Source of the DNA: Candidatus Poribacteria bacterium
GTDB lineage: Bacteria; Poribacteria; WGA-4E; WGA-3G
DNA length: 64,000 nucleotides
Assembly: GCA_965214095.1 (NCBI GenBank)
Contig: OZ243938.1
Location: 1,056,001 to 1,120,000 of the forward strand
Direction: 5' to 3'
In this document: piece by piece, positions 31,380-41,050 of the stretch
Position numbering within the stretch: position 1 is the first letter of the stretch
Layout of the letters: each line of letters begins with the position of its first letter
Notes under the pieces: generated by a model
What the model was told of the DNA's origin: nothing
What the model saw: only the letters and a program-made list of their open reading frames with translations
Databases searched by the model: none
Made by a program: the position numbers and the translations under genes

Positions 31380-32207
31380 ATGTCAACAGACACAGATATC
31401 GGATTTTTTGCAACTGACGTTTCATTAGAAAATAGTGCTGCAATCGTAACCGGGTCCAGTAGAGGAATTGGACGCGCAATCGCTATTGAATTAGCACGTC
31501 AAGGTGCTGACGTACTCGTCAATTATAATCAGAATCGGGATGCAGCCGAAGCAGTGAAGGAAGAAGTCGAGTCATTTGGTAGAAAGGCAGCGGTCATCCA
31601 AGCGGATATTAGCGACTTAGACGTACACCAAAGAATGCTTGAAACTGCACACAACGTTTTCGGTAAGGTAAATATTCTTATAAACAATGCTGGTATCACC
31701 CGTATCGCTGATATTCTTGAGGAAACACCAGAGCAATTTGATCTGCTGCTGAATACGAACTTAAAGGCACCACATTTTCTCACACAACGCGTTGCAAACT
31801 ACATGGTAGAAAATGAAATCCGCGGTTGTATCATTTATACACTTTCTATTTCCGATACAATGGCATCCGACAATCGGACAGCATACTGTATTTCAAAGGC
31901 TGGATTAGAGATGAGCATGCGTGCTTATGCAGGTCGGTTAGCAATGCATGGAATTAAGGTAAATGGAATTGCTGCAGGTGTGATCAATACAGACCTATCC
32001 CGCGTCCGTATTCCCGATTATGAAGAAGCAGCCGAGAAGGGGTATGTCTTTATGGTGCGTCCCGGTACCCCTGAAGATGTAGCCCAGGCAACTATCGCTG
32101 CGATGAAGTTATACGATACTGGAGTCGTCATTCCTGCTTCCGGTGGTGTGATGACACCTCTCCTCAATCTAAGGTCTATGACAGAATTAGAGATGAACAA
32201 ATCTTAA
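31380..32207 (+). CDS. Short-chain dehydrogenase/reductase
   Basis: TGSSRGIG, NNAG, YCISK. Confidence 0.92.
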   Translation: MSTDTDIGFFATDVSLENSAAIVTGSSRGIGRAIAIELARQGADVLVNYNQNRDAAEAVKEEVESFGRKAAVIQADISDLDVHQRMLETAHNVFGKVNILINNAGITRIADILEETPEQFDLLLNTNLKAPHFLTQRVANYMVENEIRGCIIYTLSISDTMASDNRTAYCISKAGLEMSMRAYAGRLAMHGIKVNGIAAGVINTDLSRVRIPDYEEAAEKGYVFMVRPGTPEDVAQATIAAMKLYDTGVVIPASGGVMTPLLNLRSMTELEMNKS

Positions 32208-33133
32208 TCCGAGTCCCAAATACCAATATCGCGCAATATGGACTTCTTTATCTTACAAACCATCGTATAGGCAGGGTCAAACACATTCCCCATATCGTAT
32301 TCAACGGTTTGTCCCAAAAGTATATGGGCAGCACGTTTCTCCAAACCAAGTTCATCCAACCATCGGAGAAGTTCTGTAGTCGCATGCTGCACCGCCTGAT
32401 CTAACGGACGGGCATTACCAGCGGTAAGAATGTAGTCGTCATTTTCCGCACGTGGCCAATTTATGGATTTGCCTTTTATGACTTCAACACTGAACTGAAC
32501 ATCAAAGGAGATTTCTATTCCAGTACCAACTATTTCACCATCACCCTGCACTGCATGTCCATCTCCAAGATGAAAAAGCGCACCAGAGACAAAGACTGGT
32601 AGATAAACTGTAACCCCTTCCTTAAAACCACGGTAATCCATGTTCCCACCGTGTGTAGAGGACGTAGCAGTGGAGATAACCTGGCCACGCGGCGGGGCAA
32701 CACCAAAACAACCCACCATCGGTTCAAGCGGCAATGTAAGTTCACCCAACTGCGTCTCAGGCGTTATTAAAGTAGCAGTCCATGCTTCAACATCAACATG
32801 CCATTCTGCACGACCACCTTCCGGCATCTCTGATGCTACATAGTGCGGATCAAGCACATTCGGAGCAACAACCGTAGCAGTTCTCCCAATTTTCCGATTC
32901 GGAAGAAGCTTGTCAAAACGCACAACAAGTGTATCTCCCGGTTCTGCTGTTTCAATAAAGAACGGACCCGTCTGTGGGTTACCACCCGGTGTCACCTGTG
33001 TATCTGATGCATCATAACCGGCATTATCTACAGTTGTTGTAACAACAATATCACCACTATTGATATGGAGCACAGGCTCGTGTGCCCCGATAGCAGTGTG
33101 GTAGACAGTCGGCGCAAAATGATGTATTGCCAT
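32204..33133 (-). CDS. Acetamidase/formamidase family protein
   Basis: NPQTGP, HGGNMD, GDGHAVQGDGE, GIE. Confidence 0.9.
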   Translation of the reverse strand: MAIHHFAPTVYHTAIGAHEPVLHINSGDIVVTTTVDNAGYDASDTQVTPGGNPQTGPFFIETAEPGDTLVVRFDKLLPNRKIGRTATVVAPNVLDPHYVASEMPEGGRAEWHVDVEAWTATLITPETQLGELTLPLEPMVGCFGVAPPRGQVISTATSSTHGGNMDYRGFKEGVTVYLPVFVSGALFHLGDGHAVQGDGEIVGTGIEISFDVQFSVEVIKGKSINWPRAENDDYILTAGNARPLDQAVQHATTELLRWLDELGLEKRAAHILLGQTVEYDMGNVFDPAYTMVCKIKKSILRDIGIWDSD

Positions 33134-33176
33134 TTCTATCGTTCCTCCTGATTTCAGTCAAACTTAGCATGTCCAC

Positions 33177-33205
33177 AATATAACACGTGTGAAATGAACC
33201 GTCAA
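33177..33205 (-). promoter_or_regulatory. Sigma70-type promoter TTGACG-17-TATATT
   Basis: Direct motif match on the minus strand upstream of the acetamidase gene. Confidence 0.55.
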
Positions 33206-33458
33206 GATAGGAGTTTTGGCATTTGGGTAATTTTGTTTTTTAGTGAATTCTCACTTTTATGTTAGTGCTATACTCTGCTATCTTGTATGTGTCTTTAGTT
33301 CCGTCAAATGGGTAAGCACAGACAAATAGATGTCCTTGTATGACAGATGTTGAAGGTGTATACGCGTTTGCAGGATCAAGTAAGTCTATCATGTGGTGCA
33401 ATCGCAAGTATAAGGAACTGGTTGATCTCAAGCCTGAGCAGTTAGATTGTTATGAGTT

Positions 33459-36400
33459 CTATTCTGGAAGTGCATACACACCTCGACGTACTTTTGTGAT
33501 TTCACCAATCTTGCTAAGTCGAGCGAGTTCATTATATATTCCTGTTGGGTTGCCTTCAATCGCTGCAATAACTTCAGCCCCTTTTTTCTCACCATCGGCG
33601 AGGAGGGCGAGGATCTGTTCACGGTATGTTACACGAGGGATATTCCCACCGCGAAGTTTTTGCAGTAAACTGTTCGCTATCCGTGGGGAACATCCTAAAA
33701 TCCGTTCTATCTCTATTCTGCTGGTTTCCGCTGTAATATTTTCACTCTCTTTTTCGTATTGTTGACGTGCCTTAATTGTGTCGGCAAGTTTGTCAATATT
33801 CCCAGCGATTTCAAAGTCTTCCCAATCAAAAAGCATCGTTTGCGGTCTGTCGGTGATGTCAGGGATTTCGAGGCTACTGATGAACACAACTTTTTTGTCT
33901 GGTAAACGGTTCAACCCAGCAAGTCCAACAATCCGTCTTAGTAATTCTGTAATGTGCTGTATGTATATTCGTTGAATCCGTGGGTCCTTATAGTATTGAA
34001 AGGTTGCGTCTGATTCGTAGCAGAGTGGTTCTTCATCATTTCCATATAACATTTGTGCATGGAGCCAAAATACAGTAGGCTCCGTGTAGGGTGTTCCGAC
34101 GATCCAAATGACATCCGCTGCTTCAAAAGCCGTTTCCAAGTTATTCAATTCTTTGAATTCAGTTAGCAAGCAGACATTCTCTTTCTCTGCAACATCCTGC
34201 AATTGCGCCATGACCCCATGATATGTTATGATAGCATGCTTGATGTTTGGATCTCTATTGATCTCAGCACAGATACCGGTCAGAATCCGTTCTCCCATTT
34301 TTGAGAACCCGTTAACATCCCAAGTGTTGTCGTAGTCTAACATTGTTCTGATAGTATACGCACCCGTCCGAATCTGGAAGAGGGTGTTACCTTCAATCCA
34401 CGGTGTCGGGTTAAGCCGTATTATCTCTATATCTTCATCTGGGAACGTTCTGGTGAAATCGGTGTTATTTTGAACTGCGGACATTAAAAGGAGTCGTTTG
34501 ACATCAGGATGTATCACGGGTGGGATCCAAAACTCCATGAGGCCGTTATGTAGGACAATAGGCGCGTCAGAATCGCGTTTATAATGTGCAAAGAAACGTT
34601 TGAGTTGATGCCATAACGTCCAATCTGGATTCGGGGTGACTGATGGCAGCTTCTGAATGTGTTCGACTGTGGTTATGTTTAATATGCCGAGTCGGTTCGC
34701 TTGTTCAATTGACAGGGGTATATTTATATCTTCGTTAACACGAACGTTCTTCAGTTGGACAACAGGGAGCTCCGCTGCGTGAAGTTCTTCTGCAGTGTTC
34801 CTGTCAAGTGGAATGTATGCAGTAGCACCGCCTTCAAACTCAATCCGATAACGTGCTAATTCTTTACCGCTCTGGTTCTCTCTATATAGGTGTTCAATCA
34901 CCCTCCCTTTATGTCTGATCTGGCACATCTGTGCAATAATTTCTTGTTCATACGGATCAAATGCCTGCATCACCGTGCGGATGCGATTCACCAATAGGTC
35001 ATCAGGTTCCGGCTTCATTTCTAATGCGTTGCGTAATGCCTGTGCAAAGTTTCCTAACGCCTCACCTTTCCAGTCAGTAAACCAGGTGTCTAATTGATTC
35101 TTTGATATACCACAGCGCGCAAACACACTTCTTATACCTACTTCATTAATTATACATAATCGTTCTCTGCCGTTGATTGGATCAAGAACCTTTTCTGAAA
35201 TTGTCGCGGCGTTCGGGTCGAGAAATATTCGCTCATTGCCAACTAATTGTGTATTTGCTTGTTGTAATAACTTCGGTTGCGTGAGGAAGCCACGTTTCTG
35301 ACAATCTGTATAAACTGGACATTGCGGACAGAGAATTTGCTTTGCGTCCATACCTTTTTTTTTGAGTGCTGAGAACCGCTCTGGGTCCTCACAAATATTC
35401 CCGTATTGGAAAGGCGTTTTCATTCGAACATCAGCAGGTATTTCTTTGATCTGTTCCCACATGTAACTAACATTTCTCCAGCGCGCGATTGATGATAGGT
35501 TGTGCTTTTGATAATGTTGTGCCATGGCTTCTATTGCAAAAAAACCTGAGCAGAAAGCGACTGGGCCGGCATTCAGGATATACTTTTCCAATTCATAGTT
35601 GTTCATTGCTTGTGTTTCACCAGAAAGTGCAATAATACGTGCATCGCTGGTAAAAACACGTTGCAGCTGCTGAAAGTTTTCATCAAGCGTTTCGTAATGT
35701 TTATCTATTTCTGCTGTTTTCTCAAGAATTGGTGAAGGTCGTTTAATTGCCAATGGACTCAAGTTACCTTCCCTTATAGCCAGTATCTTTTCGTTCACAG
35801 GCACACCTGTTTCAGGTAAAGTTGGCAGAATACCTGTATCGTCCCAAGCATCCGTAATTCGGGTGTCTTCTGAGGGTATATCGGTCTTCGGTGAGGTCGC
35901 GCGTATCCAGACAGTCCCATCCTGTTCCCATAATAACACATCTTCATCTCCTTGTTGTCTACTCCAACAGAAATAATCTCCATCTTGTTTGATGTATGTA
36001 TATCCGCGTTTTAAGAAAGCCTCTTTTGCGAGATCTAATTTCCGGGAACCGAAAGAAGAAGAAAAAACGTAAACATTATGATTTTCAGGAAATGGAACCT
36101 TTGGTGCAGATAGGTCTGGGGCGTGATGTTTCTCCTTGAACGTATCAATTGCGGCAAAAAGTATCTCTTTTGATATGATCGGTGGATTCAATAGATCACC
36201 AGTGACAATCTCATATCGCGCATCCCATGCGCTATGTCCTTTATCGCCGAGCACTTCGAGGTAGACATCGTGATGGAATTCGTTTTCTGATTTCTGTGTG
36301 TCCTTGTAGACATAAAACCTTGACTCTTCTGTGTTTGGGTGTAGGTAGTCAGGCACTCTACAGGAGAAACGCAATCCGCCGGATTTTGTGATTACCAGCA

Positions 36401-36842
36401 GCGGGTTGACAACTGCGTTGCATAACATTTGAATACACGTTAACACATCATCTGGGACATCACATATCGCTTGGTATGAAAAATCCATATCGTGCCAGTG
36501 TGCATCTTCGCGTTGTGAAGGAATACCCGTATATACATGAATACCCCACGATGTGTGCCACAGTCGCATATCCCAGTCATTCCAACTCTGTTGTGTCAGG
36601 AACCGATCACCGCCAAAAGAGTGTGGAAGCCGATCGTGTTCATGTGCTAATCCTATCGGCATAAGCGAGACATCAGCCGCGTCAAGATCATAAAGCTTGA
36701 TAGGACAACTACGTGCACAAAACACCGTGAAATGGTCGAAAAGTCCTTTATAGATCGCAGGAGATACGAGTGTTTTCTTCTGCCGCAGCGGCTTCTCGTG
36801 CCGTTTCTGACAACGTTGGATAAGATTATTTATGGAGTTCAT
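33459..36842 (-). CDS. Large protein: prim-pol-like N-terminus, degenerate Cys-rich helicase-like core, C-terminal winged HTH
   Basis: GIHVYTG...HDMDF...TKSGGLRF...LEVLGDKG; C..CPQCPVYTDC; LCIINE; LLLMSA; wHTH YREQILALL...KVRRGVYAL. Confidence 0.65.
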   Translation of the reverse strand: MNSINNLIQRCQKRHEKPLRQKKTLVSPAIYKGLFDHFTVFCARSCPIKLYDLDAADVSLMPIGLAHEHDRLPHSFGGDRFLTQQSWNDWDMRLWHTSWGIHVYTGIPSQREDAHWHDMDFSYQAICDVPDDVLTCIQMLCNAVVNPLLVITKSGGLRFSCRVPDYLHPNTEESRFYVYKDTQKSENEFHHDVYLEVLGDKGHSAWDARYEIVTGDLLNPPIISKEILFAAIDTFKEKHHAPDLSAPKVPFPENHNVYVFSSSFGSRKLDLAKEAFLKRGYTYIKQDGDYFCWSRQQGDEDVLLWEQDGTVWIRATSPKTDIPSEDTRITDAWDDTGILPTLPETGVPVNEKILAIREGNLSPLAIKRPSPILEKTAEIDKHYETLDENFQQLQRVFTSDARIIALSGETQAMNNYELEKYILNAGPVAFCSGFFAIEAMAQHYQKHNLSSIARWRNVSYMWEQIKEIPADVRMKTPFQYGNICEDPERFSALKKKGMDAKQILCPQCPVYTDCQKRGFLTQPKLLQQANTQLVGNERIFLDPNAATISEKVLDPINGRERLCIINEVGIRSVFARCGISKNQLDTWFTDWKGEALGNFAQALRNALEMKPEPDDLLVNRIRTVMQAFDPYEQEIIAQMCQIRHKGRVIEHLYRENQSGKELARYRIEFEGGATAYIPLDRNTAEELHAAELPVVQLKNVRVNEDINIPLSIEQANRLGILNITTVEHIQKLPSVTPNPDWTLWHQLKRFFAHYKRDSDAPIVLHNGLMEFWIPPVIHPDVKRLLLMSAVQNNTDFTRTFPDEDIEIIRLNPTPWIEGNTLFQIRTGAYTIRTMLDYDNTWDVNGFSKMGERILTGICAEINRDPNIKHAIITYHGVMAQLQDVAEKENVCLLTEFKELNNLETAFEAADVIWIVGTPYTEPTVFWLHAQMLYGNDEEPLCYESDATFQYYKDPRIQRIYIQHITELLRRIVGLAGLNRLPDKKVVFISSLEIPDITDRPQTMLFDWEDFEIAGNIDKLADTIKARQQYEKESENITAETSRIEIERILGCSPRIANSLLQKLRGGNIPRVTYREQILALLADGEKKGAEVIAAIEGNPTGIYNELARLSKIGEITKVRRGVYALPE

Positions 36843-36923
36843 GTTTTCATTAACCTAAGTGGATTCGGATACTAAATCATACCATAAATAGAGAAAAGAT
36901 ACAAGTTGGTACTACAATAAACC

Positions 36924-37014
36924 TGTAGGAGCGATCTCCGAATCGTGATAGATCGGGAATCGGAATTCCCACCTACAATGAACTATACCGTTATTCCTAA
37001 AAACTTTACACACC
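36924..37014. repeat. REP doublet plus actttacacacc terminal motif
   Basis: tgtaggagcgatctccgaatcgtga / tcgggaatcggaattcccacctaca; homologues at 40456-40552, 49936-49960 and 55886-55951. Confidence 0.7.
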
Positions 37015-37028
37015 ACTAAAATATTGAC

Positions 37029-37117
37029 TTGAATTTTTATTTTTTCTTTCCTATAATACATATTAAGTATTACATAAAAATATTATATAAATAACATCTA
37101 AATTATCTTAATATGTA
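37029..37117 (+). promoter_or_regulatory. TTGAAT-17-TATAAT promoter overlapped by inverted repeat TACATATTAAG-N39-CTTAATATGTA
   Basis: Arms at 37057-37067 and 37107-37117; identical arms and spacing at 40599-40659. Confidence 0.65.
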
Positions 37118-37148
37118 ATAAATTCAATGCACAAAACAGGAGTTCACT

Positions 37149-40100
37149 ATGAAAAGAACACAGATTCTATTTATTTTCATAATCCTATGTAGTTCAATGC
37201 CATTGACCGCAGTATCACAGACTAATAGATTCACGATAGTAAGTGGTAATAACCAGACAGGTGCGGTGCGGTCAGAACTTGTAGAACACTTTGTTGTCTT
37301 ATAGGAGGTAGAGGTTTCTGAGAAGTGGTTCGGCTTGATTGGTGTCACTGTCACCTTTGAGATTATTGATAACAATGGTAGAGGTGCGACGCTGAGCACT
37401 ACCAGTACCAGTACCGGTAGCGGAGATCATGCAGGCAAAGCAAGTACAAAGTTGACATTGGGTAACACAACGGGAACATATCAAGTTAAAGCCACCGCTA
37501 CTTATTCTGGGAATACAGAAACAGTAACCTTTTCTGCGACCGCTGCAACACCGACAACACTTGAGAGCGTGAGTGGCAATAACCAGACTGGTTATCGAGA
37601 TGAAAATGTAGCGAATCCGTTTGTTGTTAAAGTGAAGGACCAGAACAACAAAGCATTGTCGGGTGCTACGGTGACGTTTGCTATCACCTCAACACCTTCC
37701 GGTAGCAGTGGTCAATCGCTCTCTCCGACAAGTGCCACCACAGACGTAAATGGACTGACAGAAACCAAACTGCGGTTTGGGCACCGCACTGGTCGTTATA
37801 CCGTGACAGCGACCGTGAGTGGCATAACGCCGTCTTTAACATTTCAGGCTATCGCTATAGTACCACCGAGACCGTCAATGATTGATAATAAGACCGGTAA
37901 TAACCAGACAGGACGTATCAATCAAGATTTAGTCAATCCGTTTTCTCTGAGAGTGAAAGACCAGAACGGTAATCCGATGTCGGGTATTGATGTAACGTTT
38001 ACTGTCGCTACACAACCGACAGGTACCACAGGTGCAACGGTCACCCCAGAAACCACAACGACCAATTCCGAAGGGATTGCCCAAGCCACGTTGCGACTGG
38101 GTAGCGTCGATGGCGACTATACCGTGTCCGCAAAAGTTACAGGCATATCGGGTGTGACGACATTTACCGCCACCGCGACAACACCGCCACCTACACTAGT
38201 CCCAACCCTTATAACAACTAACAACGGAAATAGACAAATGGGTACTGTCAATTCGATCTTACCCAATCAACTTGTGGCGAAGGTTGTTGATCAGAATGGG
38301 GATCCTCTTGCGGATGTGACCGTAATGTTTAGTATATCAGAAGACGGCTCCGTGGATCCGAGCAGTTCGGTCACCGATTCGCAGGGACTTGTGAGAACAA
38401 CAGTTACACTCGGCAGGCATTCTGATTCCGCCTACACAATTACAGCGCGTATACAAGACACCGAGTTATATGCTTCCTTTGTAGCATTTACTGCGGCGAC
38501 TATAACCCGGACACGAGTTGAAGATCCAATACCGGAAAGGACTCCTGCAGAAACACCTATAGCAATACCTATAGCAACACCCACCCGTACTGTCGCACGC
38601 GACAGTATAATCTTTAATGAAATACACAATGCTGTTGATGACAAACACGATTGGATTGAAATTAAGAATATCACGAATCGTGAAATAACGTTGAATTCGT
38701 GGGAAATTAGCATTGTTACGAGTAGTCAGGATGATGAGGATATTGTGTCATTTACAGGACTGGATTATAAACTGCAACCGGGCAAACTGCTCCTAATTAC
38801 CAACGCACTACACACCGATACAGACTTAATCCAAGGGCAAAATATAGCGGATCCGCCGCACAATCCAGTTTTACTCCCCTCTTATCTGGTAGCGCCGGAT
38901 CTGCGCCTGCCCATTACACCCTATCTGTTAATTCTTCGCAATCAACCTGATTTAAACGGCACTCCAGACCAAATAGAAGATGTTGCTGGTAACTACTATA
39001 GAGAAGTCGTTGAGGATAACACGAATATATGGCCGCTGCGCGACACAACAGTATTTTTTGAGAACACGGAGTTTCTCACTCAAGGGAAAGCGTGGCAGCG
39101 AACAGAACCTATCCGAGATGGTTATGACCCGAATGCATGGGAGGAGAGTGGGTATAAATCTGGACTCGGTTATGAAATGAATGCCGATAGCACCACGAGT
39201 CTCGGCACACCGGGATATCCAAGTGATATTTACGTCAGTAATGTTGACAGAGGCGAGGTCGTTTTCAGTGAAATTATGTTCGCAACGAATAAATCCCGCA
39301 ATGATGAACCGCAATGGATAGAACTCTTTAACACTTCCAATACGAAGGTCGTGGATTTAGAGGGTTGGTTGCTGATATTCGAGACTGATGATAGAGAAGA
39401 TGAAACACAAAATCAGTTCACAAGCATCACTTTGAAGTCAATGGAGATCCTGCCGAAGCAGACTGTGCAATTGGTAACAGGTAAGAGTCAGCATTCAGAC
39501 AATATCCTTGATCGTCAAGTCTACGACCTATCGGAACACCACGGGACCGAATTAGGACTTAACACATTTCCATTTGTTATATTCACCGGTAAAGGCTTTT
39601 CATTGGAGCTAAAATCACTCGATAACACATCCGTAGACAAAGTTGGCAATATGTATGGGCAAGATGGGAATTATGATCTGCTCTTTGAGTTTCCATTAGG
39701 TCATAGAAACCGAGATCAAGCTCGCGTCTCCTGGATCCGTCGCTTTAACGAAAATGGGAAGGTATCAACGGGAGATGAGTTGAGCAGTTGGAAACGCAGT
39801 ACAGAATCAAAAGAAGTCGAGTTTGCCAATGTTAAGAGTTACTATGGTAAAGATACAGATATCGGAACTCCTGGCTATACCTCAATGACACCGCTACCGG
39901 ATTCATTATCACTACCGGTGCCCGTCTCACTGTCTGATTTTAATGCTGAAGTGACAGATACGGGAGTTGTCATCAACTGGACAACAGAGTCTGAATTGGA
40001 TAATGCAGGGTTCAACATCTATCGCGGTTTATCTAAAGAGGGTCCGTTTGTAAAGGTGAACCCGAAGTTGATTCAAGGTGCTGGCACTACGGGTGAACGT

Positions 40101-40277
40101 AACACCTATAAATGGATTGATGCAACTGCTAAGTCAGGAATTGTCTATTATTATCAGATTGAAGATGTATCTTTTACAGGAGAGGGACAGACTCATACAA
40201 CTGTACGTCTAAAAGGTTTCATTTCTGCAAAGAATAAACTCACAACGACGTGGAGCACATTGAAAAGGTTACGATGA
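37149..40277 (+). pseudogene. Secreted Ig-like (Big_1/invasin-type) repeat + two lamin-tail domain protein interrupted by an in-frame TAG at 37302-37304
   Basis: ATG 37149 with caggag RBS encodes a signal peptide and the first SGNNQTG repeat, in frame with ORF 37335-40277. FNEI/FSEIMF lamin-tail domains; PVSLSDF...WTTESE...KLTTTWSTLK tail. Confidence 0.7.
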
Positions 40278-40323
40278 GCTCATTCAGTGAAAATCTACCA
40301 ACCTAAATGATCAAAAAACCTGA

Positions 40324-40455
40324 TGAACTTTGATATACAAATTCGGTAATTTAAACGTAGGTGTTGGGTCTCCCAACCCCTCAGGGTCTTTTCATTCGCC
40401 TACTGGACGCGGAGACCTCGCCGTTACGTATACCCAATTTGAACTTCAAATTGCA
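40324..40455. mobile_element. MITE-like element with ~25-bp imperfect inverted ends and an internal REP doublet
   Basis: Left tgaactttgatatacaaattcggta vs reverse complement of right end tgcaatttgaagttcaaattgggta; internal gtaggtgttgggtctcccaacccc. Confidence 0.55.
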
Positions 40456-40593
40456 TTAGGAGCGATCTCGGAAACGCGATAGATCTGCAGTCTGGAATCG
40501 GAATTCCAGCATACAATCAATTATGTCATTAATGGTAACAACTTTACACACCTAAATATTTTTGTTGCATTTAATATCAAAATATCTTATCCT

Positions 40594-40659
40594 TATAATA
40601 CATATTAAGAAATACTATATAATATTTATATTATAACAATATAATTTACTTAATATGTA
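40594..40659 (+). promoter_or_regulatory. Second copy of TATAAT + TACATATTAAG-N39-CTTAATATGTA
   Basis: Arms at 40599-40609 and 40649-40659. Confidence 0.65.
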
Positions 40660-41050
40660 ATACAAGGATGTTTCATACATTTCAAGATAGTATTGGAAAC
40701 AATTACAGGGAAAGTTATCTTGAGATCAGAGTTATCTTGAGATCATAATGCCACATCTTAAAAGTTTAAACCTTCCATATATCTTTATGATTAGGTTAAG
40801 ATCAGTTCTTACCTTTCACGAATACTCTTGTTGGAGGTGGCTATAAGTTCTTTCACATTCGGGGTTGGAAACCTCTCTTACACAATGTAAGAACTCTTTC
40901 ACAATCGTGGTTGGGACCCCTCCCACACAATGTCCAATGCGCAATGAATTGCGCTACTACAAACGGAAATATGTGGAGTTCACGACTATAAGTTGCAAAT
41001 GTCAATTTAATTTTACTATCTATCATATTAGGAAAGGAATAGACGAGAGC

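Noticed and set aside
33340-33765. 141-aa plus-strand ORF
   Set aside because: Mostly antisense to the wHTH end of the 1127-aa gene; no RBS or motif.
37057-37117. Xer/dif site
   Set aside because: Arms are 11 bp, but the spacer is 39 bp rather than 6-8 bp and the arms do not match the XerC/XerD consensus.
40850-40935. Possible mini-CRISPR or TIGR-like array (also 58298-58491 and 61618-61685)
   Set aside because: Only two degenerate units each, no unique constant-length spacers, and no cas or Nop-domain gene.
40865-41050. N-terminal extension of the giant ORF from TTG 40865
   Set aside because: It runs through repeat DNA; the signal peptide and RBS indicate ATG 41051.
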